From Trichoplax adhaerens (Eukaryota; Animalia; Placozoa): DNA of 64,000 nt. The DNA is taken from contig NW_002060943.1 of the NCBI RefSeq assembly GCF_000150275.1, positions 11,470,878 to 11,534,877 on the forward strand, written 5' to 3'. Shown in pieces: positions 27,174-42,233 of the stretch (position 1 is its first letter; each line of letters starts with the position of its first letter). The notes beneath the pieces were generated by a model that was not told the origin of the DNA, searched no databases, and saw only the letters and a list, made by a program, of their open reading frames with translations. The position numbers and the translations under genes are program-made.

Positions 27174-30100
27174 TTAAACCATAAAGACAACAAATATAAT
27201 GAAAAAAATCATTAATACACCAAATATCTTAATCATTAGCCAACGATTAGACGAAATGGATTGAAAATATTTTAAAATTTCACTATGAGCAGCTTCTACA
27301 TTTGCTTGTGTATCTTCAACGTTTGCATCGATCCTATTGAAATCGTAGTCAATTAATTCTATTTATAAGTGGGAAAAATGACGGTATCAAATATACCTCA
27401 GAACTTGCTCTTCCTGCTCTTTCACCATAGTAGCTAATTGTTGAAATATACCACCTAATTCTACAATAGTAGACTCAATATTTTCCATCGTTTCAGCCCT
27501 GTCTTGTATGTAATTATCCTAAAAGAGGTAGTAGAAAATATAAGATGTTCCAGATGTTAGCTGCGTCGTAGCGTATTATCATCGGTATTTTACGCTAATA
27601 GTAAATACCTGTTGATCTATTAACTGCATTTGGTGATGGGGACTATCCAATGAATCCATATTTATGGAAACTGACGAATTATTTCTTCGTAGTAACACTA
27701 TAAAAAAAATAATTGATGAAAGACAGATACGAATTTGCTTACATTAAAAAAAATATTTATATCTACCAGATTGTTCGTTATTATCCGTTGGTGTGTACAT
27801 TGGTACCGGAGCAGTAGAGAATTGTTCACGTCGCTCCTTCTGTTGTTTTAGATTCTAAAAATTGATTATATGTGCCTAATTTAAATTCTAATCGACATCC
27901 TTTTTTAAATCATAAATATATACTTGTTCATTAATTATTAATTGTAACTAAATTCTACTTACGGCGGTACGGATCTCTAAAACACCTTTAAAATCTTTCG
28001 ACATAGAGGCTAACCTAGACTGTTGACAATCAACAAAATGTAATTAAATTAAGGGCTACATTGATATAATACAGTTGTTTAGTCATCAATAAGTATATCA
28101 TAATACTTCGTTATTAACCATAATATCATGATAGCACTTAAATTTTGGAATACATACAGCTTCCATAATTGAATGACTATTTAATTGTTTGTATATAAAT
28201 TTAGTACGATAATGTCAACAATGTCACTACAAGGATTCTGTATTTTATTGTGCCCGTACTTTTACTGCTAGATATTATAAATTTTAACAACGAACCTGTA
28301 AAGAATATAAAACGGAATTAGAGTGTGTTTGTATATGCCGACCATTATGCATGTTCTTTAACCTGGCGATCTGAAAGGTTATACGTTAGTTAACGATTGA
28401 ATAGTAATTGTTAAAAGTTAAAAATTACAATCAAAATCTATGAATATCAATAACAGAATAAGAGAGTTGAACTTTGGTTCTACACTTACTTCTCGTAGTT
28501 GTGCTATTTGTCTATTTAGGTCATTAATATCCTGTCAAAACAATTACGCTCGTTTATTTCAGAATAAATCGCTTCCAAGTCAGTACAAATTAAATGTTAC
28601 TATATTATTGTATCATGTTTATAACTGGATTAAACATATAAAAATAAGTACGTTTAAGCAAGAATTTAACTTGATAACAATTATACCACTTCGTATATTA
28701 ATACATATACGTCTATATCCTATAGCTAGTACAACATACCTAAACATGTTACTAAGTTTATCAATTATTTCATACATATGATAATGAGGAATGTCACAAT
28801 GTAGTTATTTTACCTGTTTAATTATATTAGTTAGCTGTTGTATTTCTAATGGTTTATCATCGAATAATGACATCTTCTTCGCCACTATGAATAAACAGAA
28901 ATCAATGCAGCACAATTATTTATAGTCTTTGGCTACATGTGCAGTTAAAACCGATACAGTGATCTCAAAACTTTACGTTGCAGTAAAACTATACAATGTC
29001 AGTAAGGCAAAAGGACTTTTTTTAAGATATGTATAATAAAACATATCCTTTACATACAAGGAAGTTATTCATAACACATAACAGGATGCACATATAATTC
29101 ATTGATTCAACAGTTTTTCTACATATAACTATCTTCAGTATTTAGTGGAAAACCATTACGCCACTATGATTATGTTGATTCATATACTACTGTGACTACA
29201 TACTATAGGCAATAGCAACGGATAAGATTATGTCTGATTAATCTAATACCACTTCTTTACTCGATTTTTATAAAAACCTGATATTCAATTTTTAACTATC
29301 TTGATATTATACGATTTTCAACAGAATTATCGACCATATAAGAAAAATTTTTTCAATTTTTAAAAAAACTATCAAGAGGAACAATATGAGAACATGAAAC
29401 CGTCCATTTGCCAACATTATCTCTATCGTAAATGCTTTTTAGAAATGATACTTACGATTTGCTAATTTCTCCAATTTTTTAAAAGTATTTGCGATATCGT
29501 TGCCGATACGCCTAAAATAATATACAGACAAAGATTAATTAATAATAATAATTAATGTATATCCAATAAAATTTACTGCTATTGAAAATAAAAATTATTG
29601 ATGTTTGTTTAGAATCAACGTTAAATTTGAAACGGTCATTCCTAATAGTATCGCCAATGATACGGTATTGAAATAACTAGTCACAGTGAAATTCAATACT
29701 CAGTTCTACCTAAGTGATGAATACGTCTGTACTGTTATGTCAGAAGGTTAATCCTTCTAATTAATCATCAGCATGAAATGGGAATTTATAATGACGCTTC
29801 ATAAATTCAATTAAAGCTATACTCTGCAAATGGCCTATAATGCAAACAACAAATCCTTACTTTGCTACAATAGAGAACTCGCTAGGATTGGCATGTCGTG
29901 ACTGACTTCGAGAGTTCATTCCATCTTTATTCTACAAATTTCAAGCCAGATCAAAAAAATAATAACACATTTTTAGAGAACTGCGTACAGTATGTGTATA
30001 TCAGTAGACAGTAAACAGTCGTGTAATATAAAATTGGAAGCTAGAACACCAATAGTAAAAAGGATGATACCGTCGTATTATTACCAACTTCTTATAACCG

Positions 30101-30763
30101 TATTCTGCTGTAGTTGCATACTGTACTACCGTACTGTACATACTACAGCTTCCAATTTTAACAAATTATGATGTGGTAAAATTTTCAATGAATGTAGAAT
30201 ACTCAAGGAAATAGTACCACAATTTATCTTTTATGTCACCGAATTTCAATGAATCAATACTGATGTATTGATACAGTACAATTTTTTTTTTTGAAGGGGG
30301 GAGGAAAGAGGGATAAATGCAGTTGTTTCATGATCATTTAAAAATTTCAGTCAAGATATTCTACCAACTCTATTTACAACGCTATACAGGAGTTGATTCA
30401 TCATCCTATTACCTGTTTGTTTTGTAAGGTCTTGGCCACTAGCATGAATTCGGCAGTTCTATCTCGACTGGATGAGTTGGAGATTCCGGAGAAGAAATTT
30501 AATGAATTTACGCTTTGATCTTTATCGTTGGACATCCCCGATGAATTTAAGTTACGCCGACGAGCAATTGCTAATGTAAAGTAATAGAATATTAGTAGAT
30601 AAAATGACTTGTTCCATCGATTCAATATCATTTACTGTATGTATATAGTTTCTACCGTCGCCTTGAAAATGAGTGGACAACGGCAATCGGTTTATTTATG
30701 AATATGATCGATTGCTATACATTCATGCATGTCTTCCACGATCTGCCCATCCTGAATAGGCAT
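27174..30763 (-). CDS. STX5: Syntaxin-5, Golgi Qa-SNARE (first exon 30721-30763 tentative)
   Basis: RDRTAEF N-peptide; SLFDDKPLEIQQLTNIIKQDINDLNRQIAQL; SNARE motif QDRAETMENIESTIVELGGIFQQLATMVKEQEEQVLRIDANVED; TM RWLMIKIFGVLMIFFIIFVVFMV*. The exon MPIQDGQIVEDMHE joins IARRRN in the correct phase. Confidence 0.93.
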
Positions 30764-30959
30764 TGTACAGTATTTTGAAGATATAGTTGGACCGATCGTT
30801 ATGCCGTACTACCAGTAATTTTTATTGTAGCGATAAGTATAATCTTCCATTCAATTGAACACTATTAGTCCTTTCTTTCTATACGATGAATCACTTCTAA
30901 CTTGTTTCAATTTCAAGAAGAACATTGATTGAAAAAATGGCTACCAACTACATTGTAAA

Positions 30960-31440
30960 ATGCACTACTGAAACAGTGCAGGCTGTGTACTGTACAGTAC
31001 TGTAGTACACCGTTGAAAATCTTATCTACCATATTCTTCCTACCCTAGCAGCAAGGTTATGACTACGGCTAAAGTTGCGAGTTCATATTCAATTCGTTAT
31101 TAATTCAATCTTACCATCCATAATTATAGTTGATCTCTGTTAAATAGGATATAGAATAATGAGATGAAACCACTACTCCCAACTGCTTACGGCTAATCAA
31201 AATTTAGAAGCATATTTTGGGGGAACAACACGCAGCCACAATGACGTGGAAGATGCAGTATCGTATTGGATTGCACAGCGTCTGGTCATCCCGTCCAGTC
31301 CAGTCCGTTTTTACAGTACATTGCACAGTAGCCGTACAGTACGGTGTACTGTACTGTAGTGTACTGTACACTGTACTCTTCTACTGCTGCTAAATCGGTG
31401 CATACTGTACTGTGTCATTCTAACATGGACTACTGTACTA
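30960..31440. repeat. (TACTG)/(CAGTA) tracts, STX5 side of the STX5/CLSPN intergenic region
   Basis: gtactgtacagtactgtagtacac (~30987-31010) and gtacagtacggtgtactgtactgtagtgtactgtacactgtac (~31334-31376). Confidence 0.85.
31242..31249 (+). promoter_or_regulatory. TGACGTGG (UPRE/CREB3-type site) upstream of STX5
   Basis: Exact 8-mer about 480 nt upstream of the tentative STX5 ATG, next to a pentamer tract. Confidence 0.5.
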
Positions 31441-31565
31441 AAAGAAGACTTGGACAGATCACTTGAGCGGATGGACATTTTCGGCCTCATCTCGTTAAAG
31501 TAGAGTATGTACGTATTTTGCCAAACACGTCGTTATGGCAGTACTTTAGTATGCAGACGGTTGAT

Positions 31566-31914
31566 TTGAATTTGACAGATATTTTCTCAATTAAATAATA
31601 ATAATTGAATATTACATTGAATCTTATTCTACTATACACTGCACAGTGTACAGCACAGTGGTTATTTTCCCCTATTTGAATTTGACTGATACTTTCTCAA
31701 TTAAATAAATAATATTACATTGAATCTTATTCCACTGTTCACTGCACAGTGTACAGCACAGTGATCATTTTTTCCTATTTAAATTTGACTGATATTTTCT
31801 CAATTAAATAATATTACATTGAATCTTATTCTACTGTACACTGCACAGTGGTTATTTTTCCCTATTTGAATTTGACCGATATTTTCTCAATTAAATAATA
31901 TATTACATTGAATC
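31566..31914. repeat. Minisatellite, ~3.5 near-identical units of ~87-110 bp
   Basis: The unit ttgaatttgactgatattttctcaattaaata..atattacattgaatcttattctactgtacactgcacagtg..ttattttcccta starts at ~31566, 31676, 31779 and 31866. Confidence 0.95.
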
Positions 31915-31984
31915 ATGGTCACTTTTCCATATTTACGTCCTCATTTGGTAAGAAAAGTCCGTCTGTCTATAAGACAGTCTGTAT

Positions 31985-32262
31985 AGTGTACCATAGCGTA
32001 CTGTACCTACTGTACCTACTGTACCGTACGGTGCACTACAAAGTACTGCAGATTACAGTACTCTGTACTGTACTGCATTCAAAGAAAGAGTACTGTACAG
32101 TACTACTGTACAGTACACTGAGTGTACAGTCTGTATCTGTGACTCGAAGCGGATGGACAGAGCGGACCGACTGGATTTGGCGCCAACTTTGAATGACTGA
32201 TACCCCTTGTTCAGTCAGCGAACAGGAGCAAGGCAGTTGCCGCGGCCTATACTGTACTGTAG
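31985..32262. repeat. (TACTG)/(CAGTA) tracts, claspin side
   Basis: gtactgtacctactgtacctactgtaccgtac and gtactgtacagtactactgtacagtacactgagtgtacagt. Confidence 0.85.
32176..32193 (+). promoter_or_regulatory. E2F site + 4-nt spacer + CHR (TTTGGCGC-CAAC-TTTGAA), DREAM-type element
   Basis: Canonical E2F octamer and canonical CHR hexamer at the 4-nt spacing known for E2F/CDE-CHR elements, about 285 nt upstream of the claspin ATG. Confidence 0.75.
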
Positions 32263-32477
32263 ACGAAACCTTTCCAAGTTGGCAGCCTGCTCACGGCCTA
32301 GGACAATTTATAGCCTGTAAAAGATTATGTTTCATGCAACTTTATCGATTCCTCGTTCACTGGATAGCTAGCTCAAACTCAACCATTCAAAATTATAGAA
32401 AGAATTGAATCAAAAAATTTCTTTCTACACGCGTATCTTGGCCTTGCAACTTTCTACGAAGAAGCGAACGAGAAAAG

Positions 32478-35400
32478 ATGGTCACCGATGCAGAAATTCT
32501 ATCACAGGTTCAATTTTGGGGGGGGAGGGTTATCTTGATATTGTTGAACTACAGCAAATAAATTAAACTATCTTGACTGTCATCGTATAGTAAGATACAA
32601 CTCTGAATATTCAATTTCTGATCTTGACACAAAATGACTATTTATACTCAACTTAAAAATAGGCAAATAATAGTGTAATCATGATGATGATTTTTATTAA
32701 CCAGGCAATACAATCCGAACAACACTTAGATGATACTGACGGCGAAAATGTCAGTACTCCTCCACCACAGAGTAGCCCTACTACACAAGCAAAAGAAGAC
32801 AACAACCTCCAATGGGATGATCAATGGCCTGGTGAACATGAAAGCGATTCTGACGATAGTGAAGTGAATTTCACAAGAAAGAAAAAGATTCAACGAAGTA
32901 AAAAATCACCTGCTAAAGAAAATACCAAGTCCAAGGTAACGATGATGAATTAGCCTGTAGATTAAATTAAAATCGAATGATCAATATCATTCGTAGAGTG
33001 GGAATACAATGTACGTGTATTAATTTAATAGGAATCTTTGATGGTATCGATTTCATACTAGTTGTATTTAGCGACTTTGAATCCAAGCAAAGATGAATAT
33101 TAAGCATATGTAAAATTCAATTTCCAAATTTTTACAACCATGCAACATTTATTATACCACAGTACAGTATATATCGTACAAATAATACACTTGTGTAGAA
33201 CTGATTATTTTACGGAATAATACAATCACGTATTCCTGACTGTCATTACAAGGCACAGTTAAATATTTCTGTACAACATTGAATTAAATGATATTTGTTA
33301 CTGCATCCAATTCATTAGTACAGTGATACTATATGCACAAATACAACATACAACGGCTCTTAGAGTAAATATACCATATCTATATTAATTGCAATCATCA
33401 AAAGTACAGGAAACGCAAATTAATAGCATTTTATATTTTTTGATGTGACTATTTAACCAACTCAAGCATAATAGCTAATTTTTCACTTTCATATTTATTT
33501 AAACAGTCGCCACACAATCGGAAAGCCAAATTACAACAACTACATAGTCAATCGCAAAAGCTTATCCGAGGTGAGTTACAAGTGAACAATCTATTCATTG
33601 TATATTTGTGTAGCATCTTTAAAGTCCGCAAAGATTTAATACATTATGTGACTATAAATCTTTTCCTAAAACCCAGATAGTTTACATTTTACGTAAATTT
33701 TTAATAATACGATCAAATTATTGTATCTAAGATTTCCCTTACCTTATTACTATAAACTGAAGTTTTTCTATTGGTATCACACATTTAGAATCGGACTTGA
33801 ACATTCCTCGCTATACACCAGCGGTAAAACCTTTAAGTGATTGTCTAGCTAAAATTCAGCAGCTTCAGGATCCTGAGAAGTATGTTAACACTACTTCATG
33901 ATTAATTTAAACAATTAAGTAAAATATCTTCTGCAGCATTTTATATCATTCGCCTTATTTATAATCAAGTACTGTAGCACATTTCTTTATAAATAGCCAT
34001 TATTATAATAAGGATAAGCTTACACTGAATTGTTATAAATTTACAATATACCGCAAATAATCTTCCATCATAGGATGCCGATTCAAAAATAAAATTAAAT
34101 CATTGCAAAGATATATAACTACAATCAAAATAGTTTTAATTTTTACTAATAAATATCCAACTAAATTTGTTCGCTCTATCTATCAGGAATAAATCTACAG
34201 GTTTTCATCTCAGATCAGTCAGCCAACTCCGTAAAAACATCAAACTTGAGAGGATAGCCCCCAAAATTTTACCAAGTCTTACTAAGCCATCTAACGATGT
34301 TCTAATTTTATCGAATGCAGGTCAGCTATATGATGTTAATCTAATAATTTACCTTGCTTTGCTTAAAATACCGATAAAATCATTTGACCATAAACCAGAT
34401 TCAGTAACACCACAATCCAGAAAATAATGACTTTCAATATTTTTCAACATTTCCATAATAGATAATAAATGTGATAATGCGATTAATCGCTTTAAAAACC
34501 GATTCAATAAGCATAATCCAGTAAAATCACGGAAAGCTTCAGGTAAGTTAGCTCAATATGATTAAATTTGCCCAATTCGAAATCTAAATAGCAATCGCCG
34601 TCAAGTCATGTTGCTTCTATTAACGATAATTACAGAACGTGCCAAAGTCAATATTTTAGTGAAAGAGAAAGATCAGCTACAAACATTGGAACTAGAATTG
34701 CCGGAGAATAACGATAAAATTAGCTCTATTCTAAAGCCAGACGAAATTGATACCATCAAAACGCCAGGTATGGAGATCAGGTGTACCTATACCTAATATA
34801 GATAAGTTTATTTTATTTCTCAAAAATCTTTAAAATTATAATTCTAGGAGCCAAAAAAGCCATTGTTAAAACTAGGTTACATGCAAAGATGGTAGAACGA
34901 CGAAGAAATGAACGACTGGCTATGGAAGAAGAGCAAAAAATTGATGAGGAAGAGTTTGACGATGAGGAGGAAGAATTGACGCCTGATGACCAAGACGACT
35001 TTGATACTGATGTTGTCGACGAAGAGGACGAAGACGAAAACAAGGATAGCAACGAAGATACCGACGATGAAGAACTTCTCAATAGTTATATTCATGTAGG
35101 AATGAATAGTAATAAGTCGCCTATATCAAACTCATTGGACAAGAATGTTATGGAAATGTCTACCATAGATGAAAAACGTAAAATAATTTTACTTTTAAAG
35201 ATTTCCATAGCAGTAATCTCAACTTTATTATTAACTAATTTATCAAACGGATTAATTTTATCTTTACTGCAATATAACGTATATTAATTAAATTATACGA
35301 TGCAAATTATATTCTATTAGAGAACCAACCAGCTAAAGATAATACTCTAGATCTATTCAACAAGAATAGCAATTCAGACGCGGTAAATAATGATTCCCGA

Positions 35401-38092
35401 GACAAATGGGACAGCACAAACTTTCTACGACAGCAAAGTATTCATTTAACATGGGACGGAACTCAGACATTTGATTATAACGACAATTTGGAACAAGGTC
35501 TGCAACTTATTTGACTGATTTATGTAATGGAATTTATTGCTTCACCTTAAATGCTATAATTTGATTAAATACTAGATATAGATCAAGGCTCTAATAAAAA
35601 TGAGAAAGGAGACGAAAGCAATATACCATCTAGCTTTGACTATTTTAGTTTACCTCCTGCTCAAATCCCGAAAAATTTTACCAAACCTAAAAGTGCACGT
35701 TGTTCTCCAGATTTATTCCTGTCGCCTCAAATTGTAGATAAAACACCTACAGCCGAACTTAAGGCAAGTATAATAAATTATTATGATACATACTTTCTCA
35801 ATTCACTTTAACAGTAGCTTTGACTAATTTTAACTGAATGTATGTTATAATTCCCCAGTCAACAAGACTTGCCGAACTAACTTTACCAGTGGAAGACTCT
35901 CAAGTAATAAACCCCAAATAGTTATATATAAAAATTTTCCAGAAAAAATACTTTGATTATTAAATCATTAAATGCTAGCGCTCGCTACTACGGCTGATCC
36001 AATATGTAGAAATCATTAATTTATTAACTGTCAGTTGCACAATTCTTTAGGATTTATATGAGTCGGAATCATCGGCTGCTACCCTTAATGAATCATTTCA
36101 ATTAGGAGAAGAACCTTCATCACTACGACTTCAAAAGTATGTAACACAGTATAACTTATATCACTACTTACCAATCGTCCTACTAAAGAAAAGTATCTCT
36201 CACAGAGTTTCAGCGGGATCGATCGGAGGTCGATCGTCCTTTGATCAGTTATTTGCCCAAGCAACTGTTGATCCCCAGGATAACATGGATGAATTACTAG
36301 AGCTATGTTCTGGTCAATTTTCGAATGAAACTACCCGACAAACATTCAAGAGCGCCTTTAGTAAAGTAAAAACAGCTGCGCAAAAGGAATTTTTAATCCC
36401 TGATGATGATGATAACAACGACATGGGAGATTCCGAAGTATCTACTAAAGAACTTAGGGAGGAAAACGACTGTGATGATAATTCGGTAAATGAGGACGCA
36501 ACGAGCGAGAGCAACAGTCAAGAAGTTGATAAAACGAAGAGGTACTATACTAATTAGCACTACTTGTTGATTGAGACTTCCCACTGAATGGTAAACGGAT
36601 GCAATATTACTAAATTGAAACCTTGTTATGCGTTTAGTACGATATCCGAACTGAAAAAAAACAAATTCCTTGACATGGAAGCAGAATTATCTGGTAGCGA
36701 AGTAAGTTCTGATGAGGACGACGATGGAGGTAGTGAACAATCAGAGTACGAGCGCGACTCAGATAATGATATGATATCAGACGAAGAAAAGTTAGCCGAT
36801 GAAATCGCAAAAGTTCACAAGTATGATCATACGATTATTCTATGTTCTCTCATTTAAGTACTAGTGAATAGTAACCAGTATTCAAAGTATCACTATTTAT
36901 TCATTCTTACTACCTTTAATTCGAACGGCAACGTTTATAGCAAAAAATTGCTAATTGAAGATAAAGCAAATCTTAGAGCTTTCCAGGAAAGATTTTTAGA
37001 AGGTTCGAAAAATATACTTTCTATTTATCTCGTTGTGAACTCTTGAATAAAAATTATCGGTAATATTTATTACAGATGGTGATTTATATGCCGAGGGTGG
37101 TAGAACTAGGCGTTTCAAGTGGAACAATCTAGGTACTTTTATGACTGTTATAATTATTTTTTAAAACGGTATGACTCACAAAATTTTTCCTATAGCGTCA
37201 GAAGATTCCCAGTTGGACTTATTTGGCGGAAATGATAGCGAAAACGAAAATGCCGTTAGCGAAATTATTTCTCAATCTGAAGTAAAGAAGCGTCGTGAGC
37301 GATTTGAGCGAGACACTTATGTTCGAGACAACTTGGTACAACAATATCTTGTATCATACACATTGATTTAAGATCACCCACTCAAACTTATTTGTTTTCT
37401 TGATACGAAACAACAGGCACACGAAAAAAAAATTGACCACATAGACGAGAACAGCCAAAGCATTTTAAGTCTCATAAAAGATGTCAGTAAAGGCCATGGT
37501 TAGTATCTTCTGGTAAAATTTTTATTTTTAGATTTTACTATGATATAATCTTTACCTGAAATAAAGTTAGTAAGCAAGCTCTGTCTATTTTTCAGTGCCT
37601 GCTAAGCCACAACCCTTAGAAAATGATTCGAAACCGGAAACTCCTAAGAAAATACTGGTAATGTACCTTTACTATATACTTATGCAAGATAATAATCATA
37701 ACACTTATAGTGAAATGCTTAATTTAGAAACGGCGAGGCTCTTTTCTCAATTTAAAGAAGCAAGCCCTATCTCGAATTTCCATATTTACATCAAATGGTA
37801 ACTGCGTAAGTGGATCTACTTCCAAAACGTTTGTTTTTAAATCGTTATCAGAAGGTGAATATAATGCCACTAGCGAAACGAGTGTAAGTAACCAAGCAAA
37901 TCCAAGATAAACTGTAGCACAATAATAGTACTGTATAACAATCGCTTACGTAGGTCCTAGCGCTCGAATTTAAATAATTAATGAATTATCTTTGCTTTAT
38001 AGCAAAAGAGAAAAATTGAAGCCGATGGTTGTAACGATAAAAAAAGACCTCTATTACTAGATAGATCAAACAGCATATTTAATCAACTGTAA
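32478..38092 (+). CDS. CLSPN: Claspin, replication checkpoint mediator (start exon tentative)
   Basis: QLHSQSQKLIRES; acidic tract; LTLPVEDSQDLY; Chk1-binding motif MDELLELCSGQF; FLDMEAELSGSEVSSDED; RFLEDGDLYAEGGRTRRFKWNNL; KRGSFL; C-terminal SIFNQL*, TAA at 38090-38092. Confidence 0.9.
35764..35858 (+). other. GC-AG intron in claspin
   Basis: The donor AAG|GCAAGT keeps phase 0 into ccccag|TCA ACA AGA...PVEDSQ. The adjacent GT four bases downstream would frameshift. Confidence 0.75.
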
Positions 38093-38472
38093 TAAAATGA
38101 ATAAATTTATTGATATACGTATATAAACGTACATATACATGTGTTTTGCTTGTTTAGTTCATTCCAAGTACTGTAATTTTTGCTGTAAAGTACCTAAACA
38201 TTGTGCTCATTATTATACAATACTACGATGGTCCATCGATGTGTGACGAAATCGATACCGATTTCAATTGTAAGTTTTGATATACGTATGTATATGCGTA
38301 CATACAGATATATATTTCATGTAAAATTATAAATAATTACAGTGACCATCATAAGCTGTTAATACGGTATTACGATTTATTTCAGTGTGCATATAACGTC
38401 ACAACATTGATTGGAGAAAAAATGGCCATTTTAAATAAAATTTTTTAAATGTTATTACAACTAATTCTAGAG

Positions 38473-41555
<3,083 letters not shown>

Positions 41556-41851
41556 GCAAGAACGAGCTATACTCTAATATCACTAAGCTCCACTAATTAA
41601 TTTAGATAGGCCAGCTGCATGTGTAATCTGAATTGTTCTCGATCAGGTACAAATTATTAATAATAAGCGGATACTCTGATCTCGCAAAAATTGTACACTA
41701 GTTATGTTGGCAATTACAGGGCACTTGATAACACCAATATCAACATAGGTCGGAGCAATATGACAGGAATGACAGCAAATTAGTATTTCTTGCAGAAATT
41801 CTTCAGGTACCTGCTTAGGTGCAAGAGGTAGCAAAAGCTAAGTTCTAGTTC

Positions 41852-42002
41852 TCAGTACTGCACTCAAGTAGTCCCTATTTCTGTCGTTCTGTGCTGTACT
41901 GTACCGCACGTTACACTCACTCAACTGGTACAGTACTGTACAGTTACCGTTGCTAGATTGAACTGCGCAGTGCGCAGAGTCGCTGAAGACGGTACAGTAC
42001 CG
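41852..42002. repeat. (TACTG)/(CAGTA) motifs in the NDUFAF7/MNAT1 divergent promoter
   Basis: cagtactgcac, ctgtactgtacc, ggtacagtactgtacagttac, ggtacagtacc. Confidence 0.8.
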
Positions 42003-42233
42003 ATACATTACGTTAACTGTATTTACCACAAGCTAAATGAAATCCTTGGCTCCAACATCTTTCCTGCAGCATGCAGCAAAGCTGAAAAAAATCCGATCAA
42101 ATCAACAAATCTTCTCTTTGGCCTATTTAAACTTGGACAAGGACTACAGTATTCTAGATATATTCTTTAATCGATTATAACATTGCTTGTATTTAAAGAA
42201 ACGATCATCGGAATTGGTATCACGAGAAGGAAC

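Noticed and set aside
31566-31914. CRISPR-like repeat array
   Set aside because: The units are similar along their whole length with no unique spacers, there are no cas genes, and the context is eukaryotic. It is a minisatellite.
34813-35095. Ser-rich and hydrophobic minus-strand ORFs (also 21780-22025, 23097-23288, 36314-36584)
   Set aside because: Antisense shadows of low-complexity claspin and golgin exons.
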